A stretch of DNA of 64,000 nucleotides from Dicyema japonicum (GCA_011109175.1 RDEW01000023.1:62001-126000), one strand, 5' to 3'. Positions 39,043 to 53,300 are shown, counted from the stretch's first letter. Numbers and translations are program-made. Notes: generated by a model from the sequence alone, not told the origin.

Positions 39043-39353
39043 TTATTAACCCCGGATACACGGAGATAGAAAGTTAAAGTAAACAACTAATTAAGTGTAT
39101 CCTGTTTCCACTTCTACAGAGTCCACCCGGAATCAACATAAAGGGCAAAAGACGTCCATACTTGCAGTAGTGGAAGCCCCTTCCAGTAGAGTGAGGGAGA
39201 GCAAATGATCTTTTTTCGTGCCGGCTTGATACTCGGCGCCACCTAGACAGGTGGATCACATGACGCCACTCTAATAGGAAAAGAGAGGAGGAACAGACGA
39301 ACAAACAGAAACTTCAACCAATTAGCCACGAAGCACCACATGGCGCCACGCGT
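39043..39353 (-). mobile_element. SINE-like element family A, full-length copy with ribozyme-like module (39206-39267)
   Basis: Reverse complement aligns end to end with 32154-32462; possible TSD tttcgaaa on both flanks. Confidence 0.82.
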
Positions 39354-39639
39354 TTCGAAATAAAAGTAGAAATAAGTGACTTTTCCTAAATTAATTTAAA
39401 AAAATAATACCTTGATTAAATTAATATCAGAAAATTGTAATTTCAACATAATAAACAGAAAGGTCGTCTTTCATCACTAGGAAATGTGATGAAACCATAT
39501 TTTAAATATTTTAGAGTCCAGTGGGCTGTCCTCACGGCATGCCAGTTCTACAAGTTGGGAGGTAGCAGAGGCGTAATCTTCATCGTATACCTTCATACCA
39601 TGCTTATGTTCAATGAGCATACTTTCGAGCGTTCTCTTC

Positions 39640-40570
39640 AGTACAACCGATTGGATGCAAGTCCTCGTTGATTCTTCAATAAATCATTTATCCATGATTC
39701 TTGAAGCATCTTGAGACAACTCCATCCCATGTCAAAACCACTGGAATAATCTTCACTTGGCATTCATAGAGCAGCGAAAGTTTATTTGCAAGCAAGTCAT
39801 ATTTGTGAAGTTTCTCAACTTCAACTTGCTTCAATACTTTCCCTGTCGGCCATTGCATATTTAGAGACAAGAAATCCTGCGATTGTAGCCAAGTGCCATT
39901 TTTTTGTTTTTATTATTCGCAGAATCCCCGACCTTCGCAAACACACAGACGACTGTTTTTCCAAACTTTTAATGAAGTGGAAAGGAATTATTTCGATCTT
40001 AAACGAAATCGAGGAAAGTCCTCTTCCAAAAGTCTTCCTGTCTAAAAGCATGGTTATTCTCTTCTTAAGTATGGACTCTTAAGTATGGATTTACAGTCCA
40101 CTTCTTGACTATGGTCTTTACAAAGTTAACAATCCAACGGGGTATTCCTGAGCAGTCCAATACATTAAATAAAAATTCATGGTCAACAGAATCAAAGGCT
40201 TTCTTCAGATCAACCCAAGCAGAATAAAGGGCGTTTCCATACTCCTTATTTAAGCATTGATTAATAAGGGCCTGTTCCTTAGCGCCCTGACAATGTTTCC
40301 ACGTTCCCAGGTGATTATCAGATAATAGCCCAAACGAATCCACAAAATCTAAGAGTTTGGAATTAACACATTTGGTAATAAGTTTAAATAAAGTTGGCAT
40401 ACACATTATAGGACGTAAGTCTTTAGGAGTCTCACAATCATCCTTTTTAGGAATTAAATAGGTTATTCCAGTATAAAACCAACTTTCAGGCAAATATTCC
40501 CCATTAATAATTCGGTTAATCTCAGTACATAAAAAGCCATGTAAAGATTCCATTTTTTTAATAAAGAAGT
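39640..40570 (-). mobile_element. R4/Dong-like non-LTR retrotransposon fragment (RT N-terminus and endonuclease C-terminus), interrupted by the CRE-like element
   Basis: WFYTGITYLIPK..DLRPIMCMPTLFKLIT..CQGAKEQALIN..DLKKAFDSVDH; VEVEKLHKYDLLANKL..IIPVVLTWDG. Confidence 0.82.
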
Positions 40571-40639
40571 TATATGACTCATCGCATCCACTCGCCTTTC
40601 AAATAGTAAAATAATAATTTGTTGAAATAATTAAAAAAA

Positions 40640-43080
40640 AGGTACGTAATAAAATAAATCAATAATTACAGGCAATAATTAGGACGACAGAATGGCGAAG
40701 GCGTTACCTCTGCCATTTCGAGCCTCTGCCTCAACCAGAGTCCCTCCCGTGGCTCGCACCTTTTTGAGGCGAGTTTGCTTTCAATGCTGTGGAGAAAGGC
40801 TTCCGTCTTCGCGCCTACAATTCCAGTTGTCTCCGCAGCAATGGGGCGAAATGGTAATGGTCTCCGAGGAATTCGTACTTATGGATCTTCTTGACCTCTA
40901 CCTGGTCGGCTGCGTCTCCGGGAGAGTGCGTCGCTGTCAGCAATCTGGCTCCTGAGAAGTGTCCACACACGTTGCGTCCCAGACAAGTGATTTTCCGTGG
41001 GAGTATGGAAATAACGTCATTCCATCCGGCCTCTTCCCGTCGCATCTGTCTAAGCCCATGGTTCCACTTGGGCCGGAAATCCCGCAGCCTTGAGGGCTTG
41101 AAAGATGATGTCACTGAGGGCTGCGTGGCGCGGTGCTCGACCAGCACTCCGTCGGCAAGAGAGTGGATGTAATCCTTTCGTATCAACGTCCCCGCCGCAA
41201 CGGAATTTGTGTCTCGGCATATGTCCAGTCCTAGGCACAATGCCACCCAGATCCTCAAGCTGTTTTCGTCAAGGAGGGTCCCCAGATGTGGGCAAGGTAG
41301 AGCCTCGAGCCAGACTCATTTCCGCGATAATGCTTGCTGGTCGGTGTTGGTTAGCGCTTTTTTTCGCGTTCGACGGGAATTCCAAGTTCAACTCACCCCA
41401 CAACTTGCTAACTCTGTCAAGCTCCGAGTCCAAGGTATGTCAAGTTACGTAGGACTGCTTGGGCCAAGCGACTGCAGCTCGCAAGGGATGAAAAGTAGGC
41501 AGGCAGGGCGGCTTCAAGGGGAGATCTCAACCCAATGCCCCCATTTCTCGCAGGTTGTTTGCACATTGTCCAGCCCACATCATCGAATTTGACATTCAGT
41601 ATTGACTCCGCCGATCGTCTCAGAGTCCCATCAGCCGACAATAGTGCATTCCGGTGTTCAAAACATGGTGAACATCTCAAAATGTACATCATCTTCGACA
41701 TAGAAATACATTTCTTGAGCAAGAAGAAAGACACATGTGGATCCAAAAATGATACTCTCTTTGTAAAGGCTTCAACTTCATTATTCTTACTGGTAAGGCA
41801 TTTTTCCAGCTCGTCGTTTCCGAGAGGGCAGCCAAGGAAGTGTACCTTGTCCAAGGAGGATATGCTGATACCTGGAAGTAGGGATCTGAATTCTTGGCAG
41901 GCAGTAGAAAAGTTTTGTGATGATTGGAAATATTGATCAGTTCCGATTTCATAACGTTGACACTTAAACCCAATTCGTTTAGAGCAGGAATGGTTGAAGG
42001 AATATCCTGATATACGTTCTCCCATGAGCCGGCTATTGTAGCGTCGTCTAAGTATCACAGGTAGAGTTCACAGTTTATGCTTCGTGCCACTGTGTTAATT
42101 GTCATTGCAAAAAGCAAAGTCCCTAGAGGGTCTCCCTGCTGAACGCCTGTGCGTGAATATACGATATCGTTTCCGTAAACTAAGACTGAGTCCGTCCCGT
42201 ACGATGAGTGTACAAGTCGGCAAATCTCTGGTTTCCAAAATACAGTCTCTCCTCAGCGTGTTGAAGGCATTTGATATATCAAGCTTCAGGCCTAGCCTTT
42301 GGGTCTGGGAATTATTGTCGTTGAAGTAACTCCTCGCGGCGTGGACTGCTGCCTCGCAACCGCCGGTCACTCCCACCCCAAGTTGAGTTGGAAACAGCTC
42401 TTCAGCAACATTGTGGGAGACTTTCTGGGCAGCGATTTTAGCAGCAAGCCTTCGAAAGTATGTACCGATCGCAATTGGGCGGACACCTTCATCTCCTTTT
42501 TCGGAATGCCAATAGATGTCCACAAAAAAGAAGGTCTCTAGCAAATTTTGGAATATCACCATTAACCATTCGAGTGAGCAGCAAGGTGATAGACGTTAAC
42601 AAGGCACGGCCGGCTTCAGCAGTAGCTTCAGAGGTTAAGTCCTTTATATGGCTTGGGCGCAGTCCGTCCGGCCTCCGCAGCTACTGGGTGCAAAAAACTT
42701 TATTCCACGCGCTACTTCAAATTCCGTGGGAGTAAATGCCGGGAGGTCTTCTGGAATTGTCAAGTTCCACTGGTTCGGTGGTGGAGCAGGTGCTCCTTTC
42801 TCAATAACTCCAAGACTTCACGGCACTTCAACAGCGTTTCGTCACAAAACACCACTCTTGAAGCTGCGCGAACGTCCCCTTTCATCAGTCTTCGGTTCAC
42901 CCTCTCTTGAAATGTTTTAGAATCTTCCTGTTTACTCTCAGCTTCTGTAGACAACTGTTTGCACCGAAATACTTGCTCAGACTCGATTCCAGAGTTTTGC
43001 TGCGTTGAAGTGGCCAAAAAGGCAGAAGTACTCTTCTTGATTTTGAGATTTTGACATCGGAAAATCCAAATCATTACTCG
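40640..43080 (-). mobile_element. CRE-like non-LTR retrotransposon, relatively young and frameshifted
   Basis: [81 protein letters not shown] (CCHC + REL region). Confidence 0.85.
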
Positions 43081-43269
43081 CACTACGGGGGAGACATGCT
43101 TGGAGTGTTCCTGGTGTCACAACTGCTCTACACTTATGTAGAGAAGCCGATGATCATGTGGGACATAGGGAGCGACCATATACCCCAAGAGATGTTATTG
43201 AACCTAGCTCCAGACTCCATGGAATCTGTGTTTACAGGCCGTCATAACTCTAAGAGTTAATTCTTATTT

Positions 43270-45200
43270 ATGACGGCCTAACAAGAGTAAGCTGGGAACA
43301 CTACATAAGGTACATATCAAGAAACCTCAAAGACTGGAAGGATAAAGATTATTCCCCAAGTGAAATCGACATCATAGACAATGAACTCTCTCTCCATCAT
43401 GATGGAGACATACTTAATGCTTTACGCATAAAGGAGATCCTCAAGTACAATCATGGAAAGAACATCAGTCTTTCCCGTTCCATATTATCTTTGATCAATG
43501 AAGGAATCGCCTGAGGACCAAACTCAGAAGATGGACTGGATAGACCGGATTGCATTGACCGGACAATTGAAGATAATCAAGAAAGCCATTGAAGAGGAAG
43601 CAAGATTCTCTCAAGAACAATGTTTGAGGGTAGAGGCAAGCAATCTAAACACCAAAGACCTCTCGTTCTGGAAGTTCTACAAAAGAATAACTGGGCAGGA
43701 AAGGAATGACATAAAAATCTCTTTGACTAAGCCAGAAGGTGGACTATGTTCTATGGAAGAAGCCCCAGATATCTTTAAGAAGCAACTAGACCGCATTCAG
43801 GGGGTCAACTCATTGGAGCTGATTCCGAGGGAGATGTTAGATTCTTCACATGTAATTTTAACCTACTCTTTGGACGATCTCAAAGATACTGAAATGAATA
43901 TAACTACGGAAGACGACTGCAATCATGAAAAGCAAGGCTAATGCTCTGGACATGTCCATCTAAGCATGAGATTGTTCAAGGAAGGCCCAGAGGATCTATT
44001 TCCCATACTAAAGAATTTATTCAATGCAAGCATTCATTATTGCCATGTCCCAAAACGCTGGAAATCTTCTATAGTCAGAATGATACTGAAACCAGGAAAA
44101 TCGAGGAGGGACCCACTCAGCTATAGGCCGATAAGACTCATCTGCTCGATCTCTAAGATTATCGAACGAATTATCTTCAGAAGTCTTAACGAGCACATAA
44201 AAGAAAGTGGTTTCCTCCTCGCAGAACAATGTGGCTTCAGACCTGTAAAATCATGCACGGATTGCATCTACCAGATGCATTCAATGGTCAACCTGGTATG
44301 TTTGGATCTGTCCAAGGCTTTTGATAGCGTGTGGCACGAAGCCCTACTATCAAGGCTAGCAGCTGCTGATATTCAAATGAAACTTTTCATGTGGATAAAG
44401 GACTTCCTAACAGAACGGACTTCCCAAGTACGTGTTGGAGCAAATATGTCAAAAGATATCATACTGAAGAGGGGAGTTCCACAAGGTTCTGTCTTGAGCC
44501 CACTTCTGTTCAACATATTCTTGTCAGACTTCTCAACTCCACCGGATATGAACACCGGACTATTGATATACGCTGATGATATTCTGATCACGAATACATT
44601 CAGGAAATCAACTCTCACGGAAAAAAGAATCAAGTCATTCATTGAACAAGTACAGGACTGGTGCACCAAGAGAGGGATGAGACTGTCCACTGAGAAGTCC
44701 ACTTATTTAAGAGTCAGTCGCCTAAGGAGGCATCAGACGCAGCCTTACTCACTTGACATTCCTAAAGTAAATTCACTGCGCTACCTCGGAATAGTAATCG
44801 ACGGGAAAGGTTCCTTCATGGAGGACATTAGACGAAGAAGGAAGAAGGCGCTTCACCACTTTTATGTACAAGAAAGTTGTTTGTAAGCCTGGAAACCTTC
44901 TTGTTCATCTTCATGAGAATCATTCTTCCGGAGCTGCTATATGGATGCGAAGCATGGTTTTTCTCTTGCCAAAAGAAAAAAATTATGTTACTTATGGAAA
45001 AAACTAGAAGGTCGGCAATAAAGTTGGCTTTGGGGAAAAGGCTTTTTGATGTTTTTAGTACTGAAGAAGACAAGATTCTAACACCGGTCAAATATATTGT
45101 AGAGAAAAGGATCGATAGGATCCGACGATAGAAAGAGACTAAATGGAGACGGGGTGCATCGGAAGTGTCCAGGCCGCATAGGCGGATACGTTTAAATATC
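43270..45200 (+). mobile_element. Jockey/I-group-like LINE, 5'-truncated, RT domain nearly intact
   Basis: WKSSIVRMILKPGK..SYRPIRL, EQCGFRP, LDLSKAFDSVWH, GVPQGSVLSPLLFNI, YADD, YLGIVID. Confidence 0.85.
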
Positions 45201-45420
45201 CCTTAAACTAACTCCTTTTTATTGTTGAATAAATTGGTTTCGGTTTTGTTTTGGTTTGTTCAGTCTGAGTTTATCAGGTTAATCGGGGATTTGGAGGACT
45301 GCGGGAGGAAGAGCCTAGAATGACATGATGGCTATTCCAGAATATTGGGCTCCTGATCATGAGTGGTAACTCTAATTGCATTCTCAATGCCTCCATACCA
45401 TAATGGAGACCTTATAATAA

Positions 45421-45512
45421 AAAATTATTCCAAAGGGTAAAACCAAACTAACAAACTCCTTTCACCAGAACTTGTCTCCAGGTAATGAAATTTTTTCTTG
45501 ATGGAAAGAAAA
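45421..45512 (-). mobile_element. 5'-truncated copy of SINE-like family B
   Basis: ttacctggagacaagttctgg..ttgttagtttggttttaccctttggaataatttt matches the family B 3' half. Confidence 0.7.
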
Positions 45513-45652
45513 GTTACTGACATTAATTATAAAATTATTAAATTTAAACAATTCAAATTTTAAATTTTGAAAAAAGGAAGGAAACAAAAATAAATGTTTC
45601 CTAAAATTGGCAAATTCTTAAATAAACCAAAAACTACGTAAAAATAAATCAA

Positions 45653-46821
45653 ATGGATTTGGTAGCTGCTTTGAAGAATCGTGTTAAATCTTACAAAAAC
45701 GACGATTTTTACGGAAAGTTTAACCACTATTATGGAGTCACACTACTCGCCTTAATATCCGTGATCATCTCCACGAAAAACTTGGTGGGAGACCCAATCC
45801 ACTGCTGGTGCCCAATACACTTTACGAGTAATTAAATTTTGTCATTTTCAGGCGATATGGTGAGATATGCAGAACAGTCTTGTTTTACTGGGGGAAGGTT
45901 TTACTTCAACTCGGCTGTAAAGGAAGACAACTTGGAATCTGTTATATCGGGGAAGTTTTTCCATTGGATGATTTTGATTACCATACTTCTTGCCTTACTG
46001 TATCGACTGCCGTATATTCTTTGGTGTCGCACGTGTTCAGTCAGCGACATTAATGTTAACCAAATTATTGAATTATCAATAAAATGTGGAGATGTTGATT
46101 CTGAACAGAAAAAATCAAAAGCATTCAACATTTTATTCGAGTATTTTGCAAAATATAGAAACTCAAGAATGGAGATGGATTTCGAGGGACTTGCAAAAAA
46201 TAAAATTATAAAATTTATTTATGTCCAGTCAAGAAAATTTAATTCAATTTCATCAATGTATATTCTGGTAAAATTCATGTACTTTGTAATCACGTTGTCT
46301 CAGATTGTCATTATAGAATATTTTGTTATATGGAAGACAAAAAGCAGTTTCAGTGAAGTTATGTTTTGGGATTTCATTAAAGTCATTAAGAATGTGGAAA
46401 CAACGTTTTTTCCTCGATCTGTTTTGTGTAAATTTGACTCCAAGGAATTGGGTCACATTGAGACTCCTCGAACGCACACAGTTGAGTGCATTCTCCCTAT
46501 AAATCAATATGCACATATTCTCTTTACTGTGTATTGGTTTTATCTCCTCTTTGGGGGTATAATCAACTTTATTGGAATTTCGAAGTGGATCTGGTACCTC
46601 TGGTTCAGATGTGTCCACCAGGGATACCTGATTTCACTTCTGGTGGAAAAGAACTCCATTTTCATAAGAAATTTTTTATTAATTCTTATTTGAGTTACGA
46701 CGGCATTTTTGTTATTCGATTGGTGGCGGACAACACAAGTGATCTTTTTGTCAAGAAACTGGTCTCCAAATTGTTCGATAAATACATGGAGTCCGCCCAG
46801 ACATATAATTTTAAATGTTGA
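45653..46821 (+). CDS. Innexin (gap-junction protein)
   Basis: DDFYGKFNHYY..VGDPIHCWCP|24-nt intron 45828-45851|..QSC, FPRSVLCKF, CILPIN, YLSYDGIFVIRLVADN. One 1-nt frame break near 46670. Confidence 0.92.
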
Positions 46822-48621
46822 TTTTTATAGTTTAATATGTGAGCTTTGTTTATTTTGAGATAAATTTAATTCCTAAGTAATATATCAAAGAAGGACTGTC
46901 AATAGAAGTGAGCAATCCGCACAGGAATTAAGAGCTTAAGGGATATTGAAGACGGAATTCCTATGGAGCGGATCACAATGATCGGGTTCGGCCCAAAGAG
47001 AGTGAATCTGTCAAGAGTCCCTAATATAGTTATTTTCTTCAGTTTTACCAACATCAAACTTCCTCTTAAAATGTTTAACCAAATCCCAAATAGACCGTCA
47101 TCACAGACTTGTTATATGGAAAGTTTATAACTACTCTGATGTTAAGACACTCAAAATATATGCCACGATCGGTCCCCTCATGGAAATTTATGCCAATGAT
47201 AATTCTTGTAGGGTGGTGCCAGAGCTATTATTTTCTCATTTCAAGAAATTGTAAAAAAATTAAACTTTCATAAAAGTCAGTTTCACGCAAAGTCCTCAAC
47301 AAAAGACATTCCTTTTAAAATTTTTGGATATAAAACTACATTTTTTGGAATGAATATAGCAAATAAGGAGTATTTGAAGTCCTCTTCATAACATAACATT
47401 TTTATTAAAGACCAAGACGTAACGATAGTTGTGGGAGATTAAGTTGTTAAAAATCCTGCCGAGAGATCTGGATTCTTTAGCATTTCTGCCGCTAGCCTTC
47501 ACATAGAGAAATGAAGCCACTATAGTAAAATAAAGAAGAGAACAGAAAAAAAGAAGAGGAATTATTAATCAACAACGTTATTCACTAATATATTTCCCTT
47601 TCGGACATAGATTTCCTTGCTAGGCTTCAAAAAATTTCTTATCGTGAAAAGGAAAAAATAAGCGAGAGAACAAGCGAAAGAGGAGCTGACTTAGTGCATT
47701 TCCTTACAAATCATGAAGGGAACTGTGTTTTCAATTTTGAGATCATCTACCCTTGAATAAAAGGAACAATTAGTTGTTAACTTTTGGTAATCATGAAGAC
47801 GAAAAAATGCTTCAATTGATGATCTTATCCATTCCAACTGTCCACAACCTTGTGTTGTGTTAAGAGGGAAATATAGATGCTTAAAAATATATTCAAAATA
47901 ATAACTTTTGTATAACCAAAATACTATAATTTATAATCTTAGTTTTTGTATAATTTAGTTATATAAAAAAGTGAAGAGCTTCTTTGATTCTCATTCGTTG
48001 GTTAGTTATGATAACTGTTCTTTGCTTGAATAAAGTGTGTGTCCTGTCTGGGAGGAGCGATAGCTAATGTGGCTCCTCGTAAAATGTATTAGTTAGTTCC
48101 CATGGCATCAATCGTTGAGCTGTCATCAAAAAATTTTATTTGGCATAAAAAACTTTCCCTAGTCGTCAGTTAACAGAAACCCCCATAAATGTAGATATAA
48201 GACAATCTATTATTAAAAGAACGTCGAATATCGACAATCGAAGTTTCTCCAGATTTTGGGCGAACATGATTTGTACATAGGGTTTGTAGCAATTGATGTC
48301 TTCTATGTGTCCTAAAGCCAATATACATAATATTAGCGACAATCGTAAAAATAAGCCTTAGAAAGAATCATTGTTCAAATTCCTCCAATTTTTGGTCAGA
48401 CTTGAACCCAGAATGTATGCTTATCCAGCGCTTCTGTAGTTAGAGTTTGTACCTCGTCACATAGGAAAAGTGATTGTTGAGGAACCATAACTGGTCTCCT
48501 ATAATTTGCAAAGGCCCAGGAATAAAACCGCAATAATTTTGTAGTAAATTGGCTATTATGTGATTAAAATGATATCATTAGAGTGAAGAATCAGTAATTA
48601 AACGACCACAATTAAAAATAT

Positions 48622-49767
48622 CTAATAATTATTATTCCTGGAATCCATCAATACAGTATGAAGGATTACATCAACCACTGCATAAGGGTCACAATTTGCG
48701 GCAGGACGTCTGTCTTCCAAATATCCGCAACCCTTTTCGTCTACTTCCATAGGGACTCTTATGGAAGCCTTCCTATTGGCGACTCCGAAGGAAAAATGAT
48801 CGTAGCTGCTTGTCTCACAGGTACCAATTAGTCTTTTATAGTTATCCTTTCCCCCATTTCCGTCGTATACTTCCATGTGAATGCTATGATTCTTCTCCAT
48901 CTTTCTTATTGCCGCATATATGTGGTTGATACCATTTTCTTGGCGCATCAAATTTGTGCTAAAATTCACGTGCGCACCAGCTCCATTCCACGGGCCTTCA
49001 ACTGGTTTTGGGTTTAATGTGGCAATCACTCCAAAGTCTTCACAAACTCGTTGGAGAATAAACCGAGCCATCCAAAGATGGTCACCGATTTCGATCCCGC
49101 CACATACTCCAATCTGAAATTCCCACTGTGAAGGCATAACTTCTGCGTTTGTTCCGCAGATTTTGATCCCTGCATAAAGACAAGCCTTATAATGGGCCTC
49201 CACAATCTCCCTACCAAAGGAACGATCAGCTCCGACACTGCAGTAGTAGGGACCTGAAAATTTAGAATCCTTTCCACCTTGGGGCAGTGGAAAACCATTT
49301 TCAGGCCACTGATAAGGACGTCCATTGACTCCCATTAATGTATACTCCTGCTCTATGCCAAAATAGGGCTCGTAAGATTTACAAAATTCTGTGGTTTTTA
49401 AACATTTGTTTCGTAAATTGGATTCTATTAGTAAATTATATAAAATGACTTGTGGGTTCCAAATTTGGATAATAAGTTTCACAGAGGACCAATATATTGC
49501 AAGGAGGCAAAAAGGGATCTTTAAAAATAGCGACTGGTTTTATGTAAACGTCAGAATTTGAACACGTTGATTGTCCTGTGCTGGAACCATCAAAATTCCA
49601 GATCGGAAGTTCTTGGGGGACTTGACTTGAAAGTCAATAGTCCGAGACTTTGATCTGAGGTTGTTCTCAGCGTCAATCCAAATGTAGGTGGCTATAATTT
49701 GGTTTTCTGGCTGATGAAGTCGCGAGTACTTCTCCCAAACCGAGACTTTGCTGCCTACCTTATCCAT
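48622..49767 (-). CDS. GLUL: Glutamine synthetase (type II)
   Basis: [67 protein letters not shown]-like [36 protein letters not shown]. 25-nt intron 49425-49449; two 1-nt deletions in homopolymers (~49505, ~49615). Confidence 0.95.
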
Positions 49768-50957
49768 GTGATACGATCCTGTAGTCAAACTGAGTTTTAT
49801 ATTTACGCTAAATCGACTTATTAAGCTTTCTAATTAATGCGGTTATCACTGAACGTATTGGATTATTATCATACTTTCAAGGCTACGTATTTTGTGAACG
49901 CTCATTTTTGTTATTTTATTGCTGAAACTTTTATCTTCAAAAATTGGCGGGTAATTCCTTAGTAATTTGTTTTATCAGATGACGTCTTAAATCTGACAAA
50001 AAATTTTCAAGTGAAAATAAAACCCTTAAGTTACAAATTATTTTAATTCGATAAGTTAATTTACAATGTTCCAGTGTGGATTGGTTTACCACAAAATTAA
50101 AGGACTTTAGTGATAATTGCACATTATCGTGAAATCTGCATTCGTGACAACATTCGTATAAACTAAATCCTCTTAATTAGTCGCCTTTTGATTATTTTCT
50201 CGCAAATCATCTAAACTCTGTGAACACACGTGATCGGTGACTCTTTAAAGAATATTTAATATATAGAGTACCAATATTAGTCCTGACCTATTTCAGTGAT
50301 TTTTAAGAAGTTAAGGTTCATTTGTTTGCAAGTAAAAAACACTGCTAGTAAATTCTAATTAGGTACTCCAGAGACTCACGACTCTTCAGCCAGAAATCAT
50401 GCACTATTTCCTCGTTTTAAATTTTCCTGCATAATTTGAACCTTACAGCATTTTATTGGGCTTCAAATCAGTAAATCAACTCCATTAAGTCGAATCCCTG
50501 GATGAATATCTAAACGAGATACCTTAGCAGTAATCAGCAAGCCATCTGTTCTATAAGTATATAATACGTCATATAAATTCTAATTGAATTTGATTATTCA
50601 AAATAGAAAAAAATAATCTATAAACTCTTTCTCAAGCAAATTTATCACTAAAGCTTGAATACAGAATTCAAATTTACAATTACTGGGCACATGATCGAAA
50701 GAAACGATCTTCGACACCACAGAGTCGTCTTTGAAAGAAGGAATCTCTGAGAGGAATAATCCAGTCTTGTGATCGATTCGTCCAAATGGAAAGGACTCCT
50801 GCAATCTACGCGCGTATCGCATTCAGTTACTAAAGTTCCTTCGTGAAAGTCCATTTCGTGTGAGTGGTGAAGCACATAAGCTTACAAAAGTTACTTCCAG
50901 AGAGTGCAACAGATAGATCATCTGTTAGGTTGATGAATTAACTCTTAATTTATATTA

Positions 50958-51182
50958 TTATTAACCCCCTCACAATGGTAAGCCCAGCACAGTCAAACTA
51001 ATTAATCCAAGGAAGAAACCCAAGGAAGAATATCTTCTTTACCAAACCCATCTTCCAATAATACATTACAGGCTTCCGCTTCAGAAGAGTGGTGGAGAAG
51101 TAGGTCCGCCCTCTTCCATTTTCATTACACGTCCTACCGTCGCGGAAATCACTTTATTCTTTAGCGCAATAGTTTTCATAAT
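50958..51182 (-). mobile_element. Family C 3' fragment, copy 2
   Basis: High similarity to 163-410, including the GGGGT(TAA)n end. Confidence 0.7.
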
Positions 51183-51323
51183 CTCTACTATAGAATTTAG
51201 TATTAATTTTGAAAAATAAAACCCATGTTTTTCGCAGCAGAATTTTTATAATTAAAATAATCTTAATATATCGAATTTATATTTTTTAAATAAATCTTAG
51301 TAGTAATCTTAAGTAGTTCCATT

Positions 51324-51549
51324 ACGCGTGGCTCCATGTGGTTCTACGTGGATATTTGTCAAAATTATTTTCCTTCCTTCCGATGGCGTCAATGGATCCA
51401 CCTTACTGATGAGGCGCCCAATGCCTGGTCGGCATCAATAGGATCCAACAATTCTTCCCCGGGGACAACGTCGTTACCTGAAGACAAGTTCTGGAACGAG
51501 TCTGGATCAATGAGTTAGTTAGTTTGGTTACCCTTTGTCTTTGGAATTT
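51324..51549 (+). mobile_element. SINE-like element family B, full-length copy with ribozyme-like module (51385-51446)
   Basis: Three 10-bp-phased cNNNgtgg repeats, pyrimidine tract, structured module, 3' end ttaccctttgtctttggaattta. Confidence 0.78.
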
Positions 51550-51559
51550 AATTACGTAA

Positions 51560-52095
51560 ACTATATCCAAGAATATTCAACAGGATAGTGGATATAGAAG
51601 CAGATGGAAACAAGTTGTTATTACAAAAATGGCAGAAGATCCTGGGAGTAGTATTCGACACCCATCTGACTTTCTCGTGCCACGTGAGAAATGTTTTAAA
51701 CAAATGTGAAAAGAAAATCAACCTCTTGAAGGGGATCTCTGGATAATGGTGATCGGAAGTCATCCCGTTCTGAAATCACTATACAGTATGTCGATGCAAA
51801 TCATGGGGACTCTTAATTTCTTGGACGAATGCCCAGAGAATTGCGGCAACCCAAAAAAGAGCGTTTTCCGTGATAGAAAACTGGATCAAAGGCGATATAA
51901 ATGCTACACCTACCCCCTTGGAAGACCTAATAAGAAGAAAAGGAGGCCAAACTCAACGATACCAGAGGATCACTCATCCTCTGCGTGCTTGTGTTGGATC
52001 GAGGGAAGACCACCGGGCCAAGCTGAGAGCCCTATTGAAATTTGCCGGTATCACTTAATTTTTTTCATTAACTGTGGTCTTTGGAAATAAATTTT
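51560..52095 (+). mobile_element. 3' part of a second Ingi/Vingi- or I-like LINE lineage
   Basis: ILGVVFDTHLTFSCHVRNV..KINLLKGISG. 3' end ccggtatcacttaatt..gtctttggaaataaat resembles the family B end. Confidence 0.65.
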
Positions 52096-52529
52096 AATGA
52101 GATTTCACTGATCTTCGAGAATATCTCAGTTTTTTACCTTTATACAAGTTTTTTCTAAAAACCTCCGTGGTCAATGCTCCCGAGAACAAATTGGAGTTTC
52201 TTTATATGAAACACCATCATTTATGCGAGTTCATTACTGAGAACCTTCTTGGTAGCGACATTGCATGCTAAGATTGGAACTATTAACTAATTGTATAAAT
52301 TCAAGTGGATTTTTAACGACTGTTAACAAATTTAATTCTAACGACTCATGTTTTTTCTAGCAGAATTTTATTTGATTTCTATCTCTTATGAACAAATCTA
52401 GCGTCCGATCGTCCAATATGTGAAGTATGTACAAGAGCAGCATGCCAATCACTATCAAAAGCCTTAGATATATCGGAACATATTGACGTAAGGTATTGTT
52501 ATTTTTTAGTAACATAACTCTTCTCAGTT

Positions 52530-53300
52530 TTGCAAAAATCATCAGTCTTTCTGCTTAGACGGAAAATCCCTGGAGAATTTAAGAATTGGTCTTTGCGAGT
52601 TAATCAGGAAAAGACTGAACACATAAGAATCACAAGGGAATCAAAATATATTGATGAAAATTGGAGGAAAAAAAGGAAATTGGGATCCTTACTTGGTGAT
52701 AGCGAGGACATGATAGAAGAGTTCTAGCCACTGCCATGTATAAGAAAATGCAGAAGATATGGAGTCGACGAAAACTAATAAAAACAAATCTAAGAATAAG
52801 AGTATTCAACTCATATATAAAACCGGTGTTTATGTACAACTCGGGTACATCGGGGGTCACAGAGCTAGAGCTAAAAAATGGATATATTTCATCGCAAACA
52901 ATTACGCAATATAATGGGCCTAGGTTGGCCCAAGAAGATTTCAAACAAGAAATTATACTCTGTGGCACAATCGAGGCCAATAAGCATCGACATTATTGAA
53001 TCAAGGTGGAGACTGTTAGGCCACGTGCTCAGAATGGACATAAACGCCCCTGCAAATATAATAATGGACAACTACTTCAACAATGAAAACAAACTATCAT
53101 TAAGAGGAAGACCCAGAGTCACTCTACCCGTGGCTCTGAACAAGGATCTTAATGGGATTAGAAGAAATATTAAATCTGCAGACTTAGAAGATTTAAGGAC
53201 AGATGCGCAAAGCAGAGGGCGATGGAGACGCCTAGTGAAGCAGATTGTGGAACGTGTGGCACAAACGGGACCTTAGTTAATATAACGTTCTTTGGTTCTG
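52530..53300 (+). mobile_element. RTE-clade LINE 3' fragment
   Basis: KLGSLLG, FNSYIKPVFMYNSGT, FHRKQLRNI, RWRLLGHVLRM, RGRPRVTL, RGRWRRLV. Confidence 0.85.

Noticed and set aside
49500-49620. Recurrent -1 frame breaks in conserved genes (GS twice, EPT1 ~33640, ACY1 ~4420, CAP ~6290, PLA2G15, innexin ~46670, repeat exon ~17615), suggesting programmed frameshifting, insertional editing or mass pseudogenisation
   Set aside because: Every case examined is repaired by adding one base to a homopolymer run, with no shared slippery motif and no nonsense decay elsewhere in the genes. This is the signature of long-read consensus error. Short-read polishing or cDNA would settle it.
50350-50950. Possible Penelope-like RT remnants here and at ~59500-60700
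   Set aside because: Only weak motif resemblance (VSFDHVP, TDGLLI); too degraded to call.
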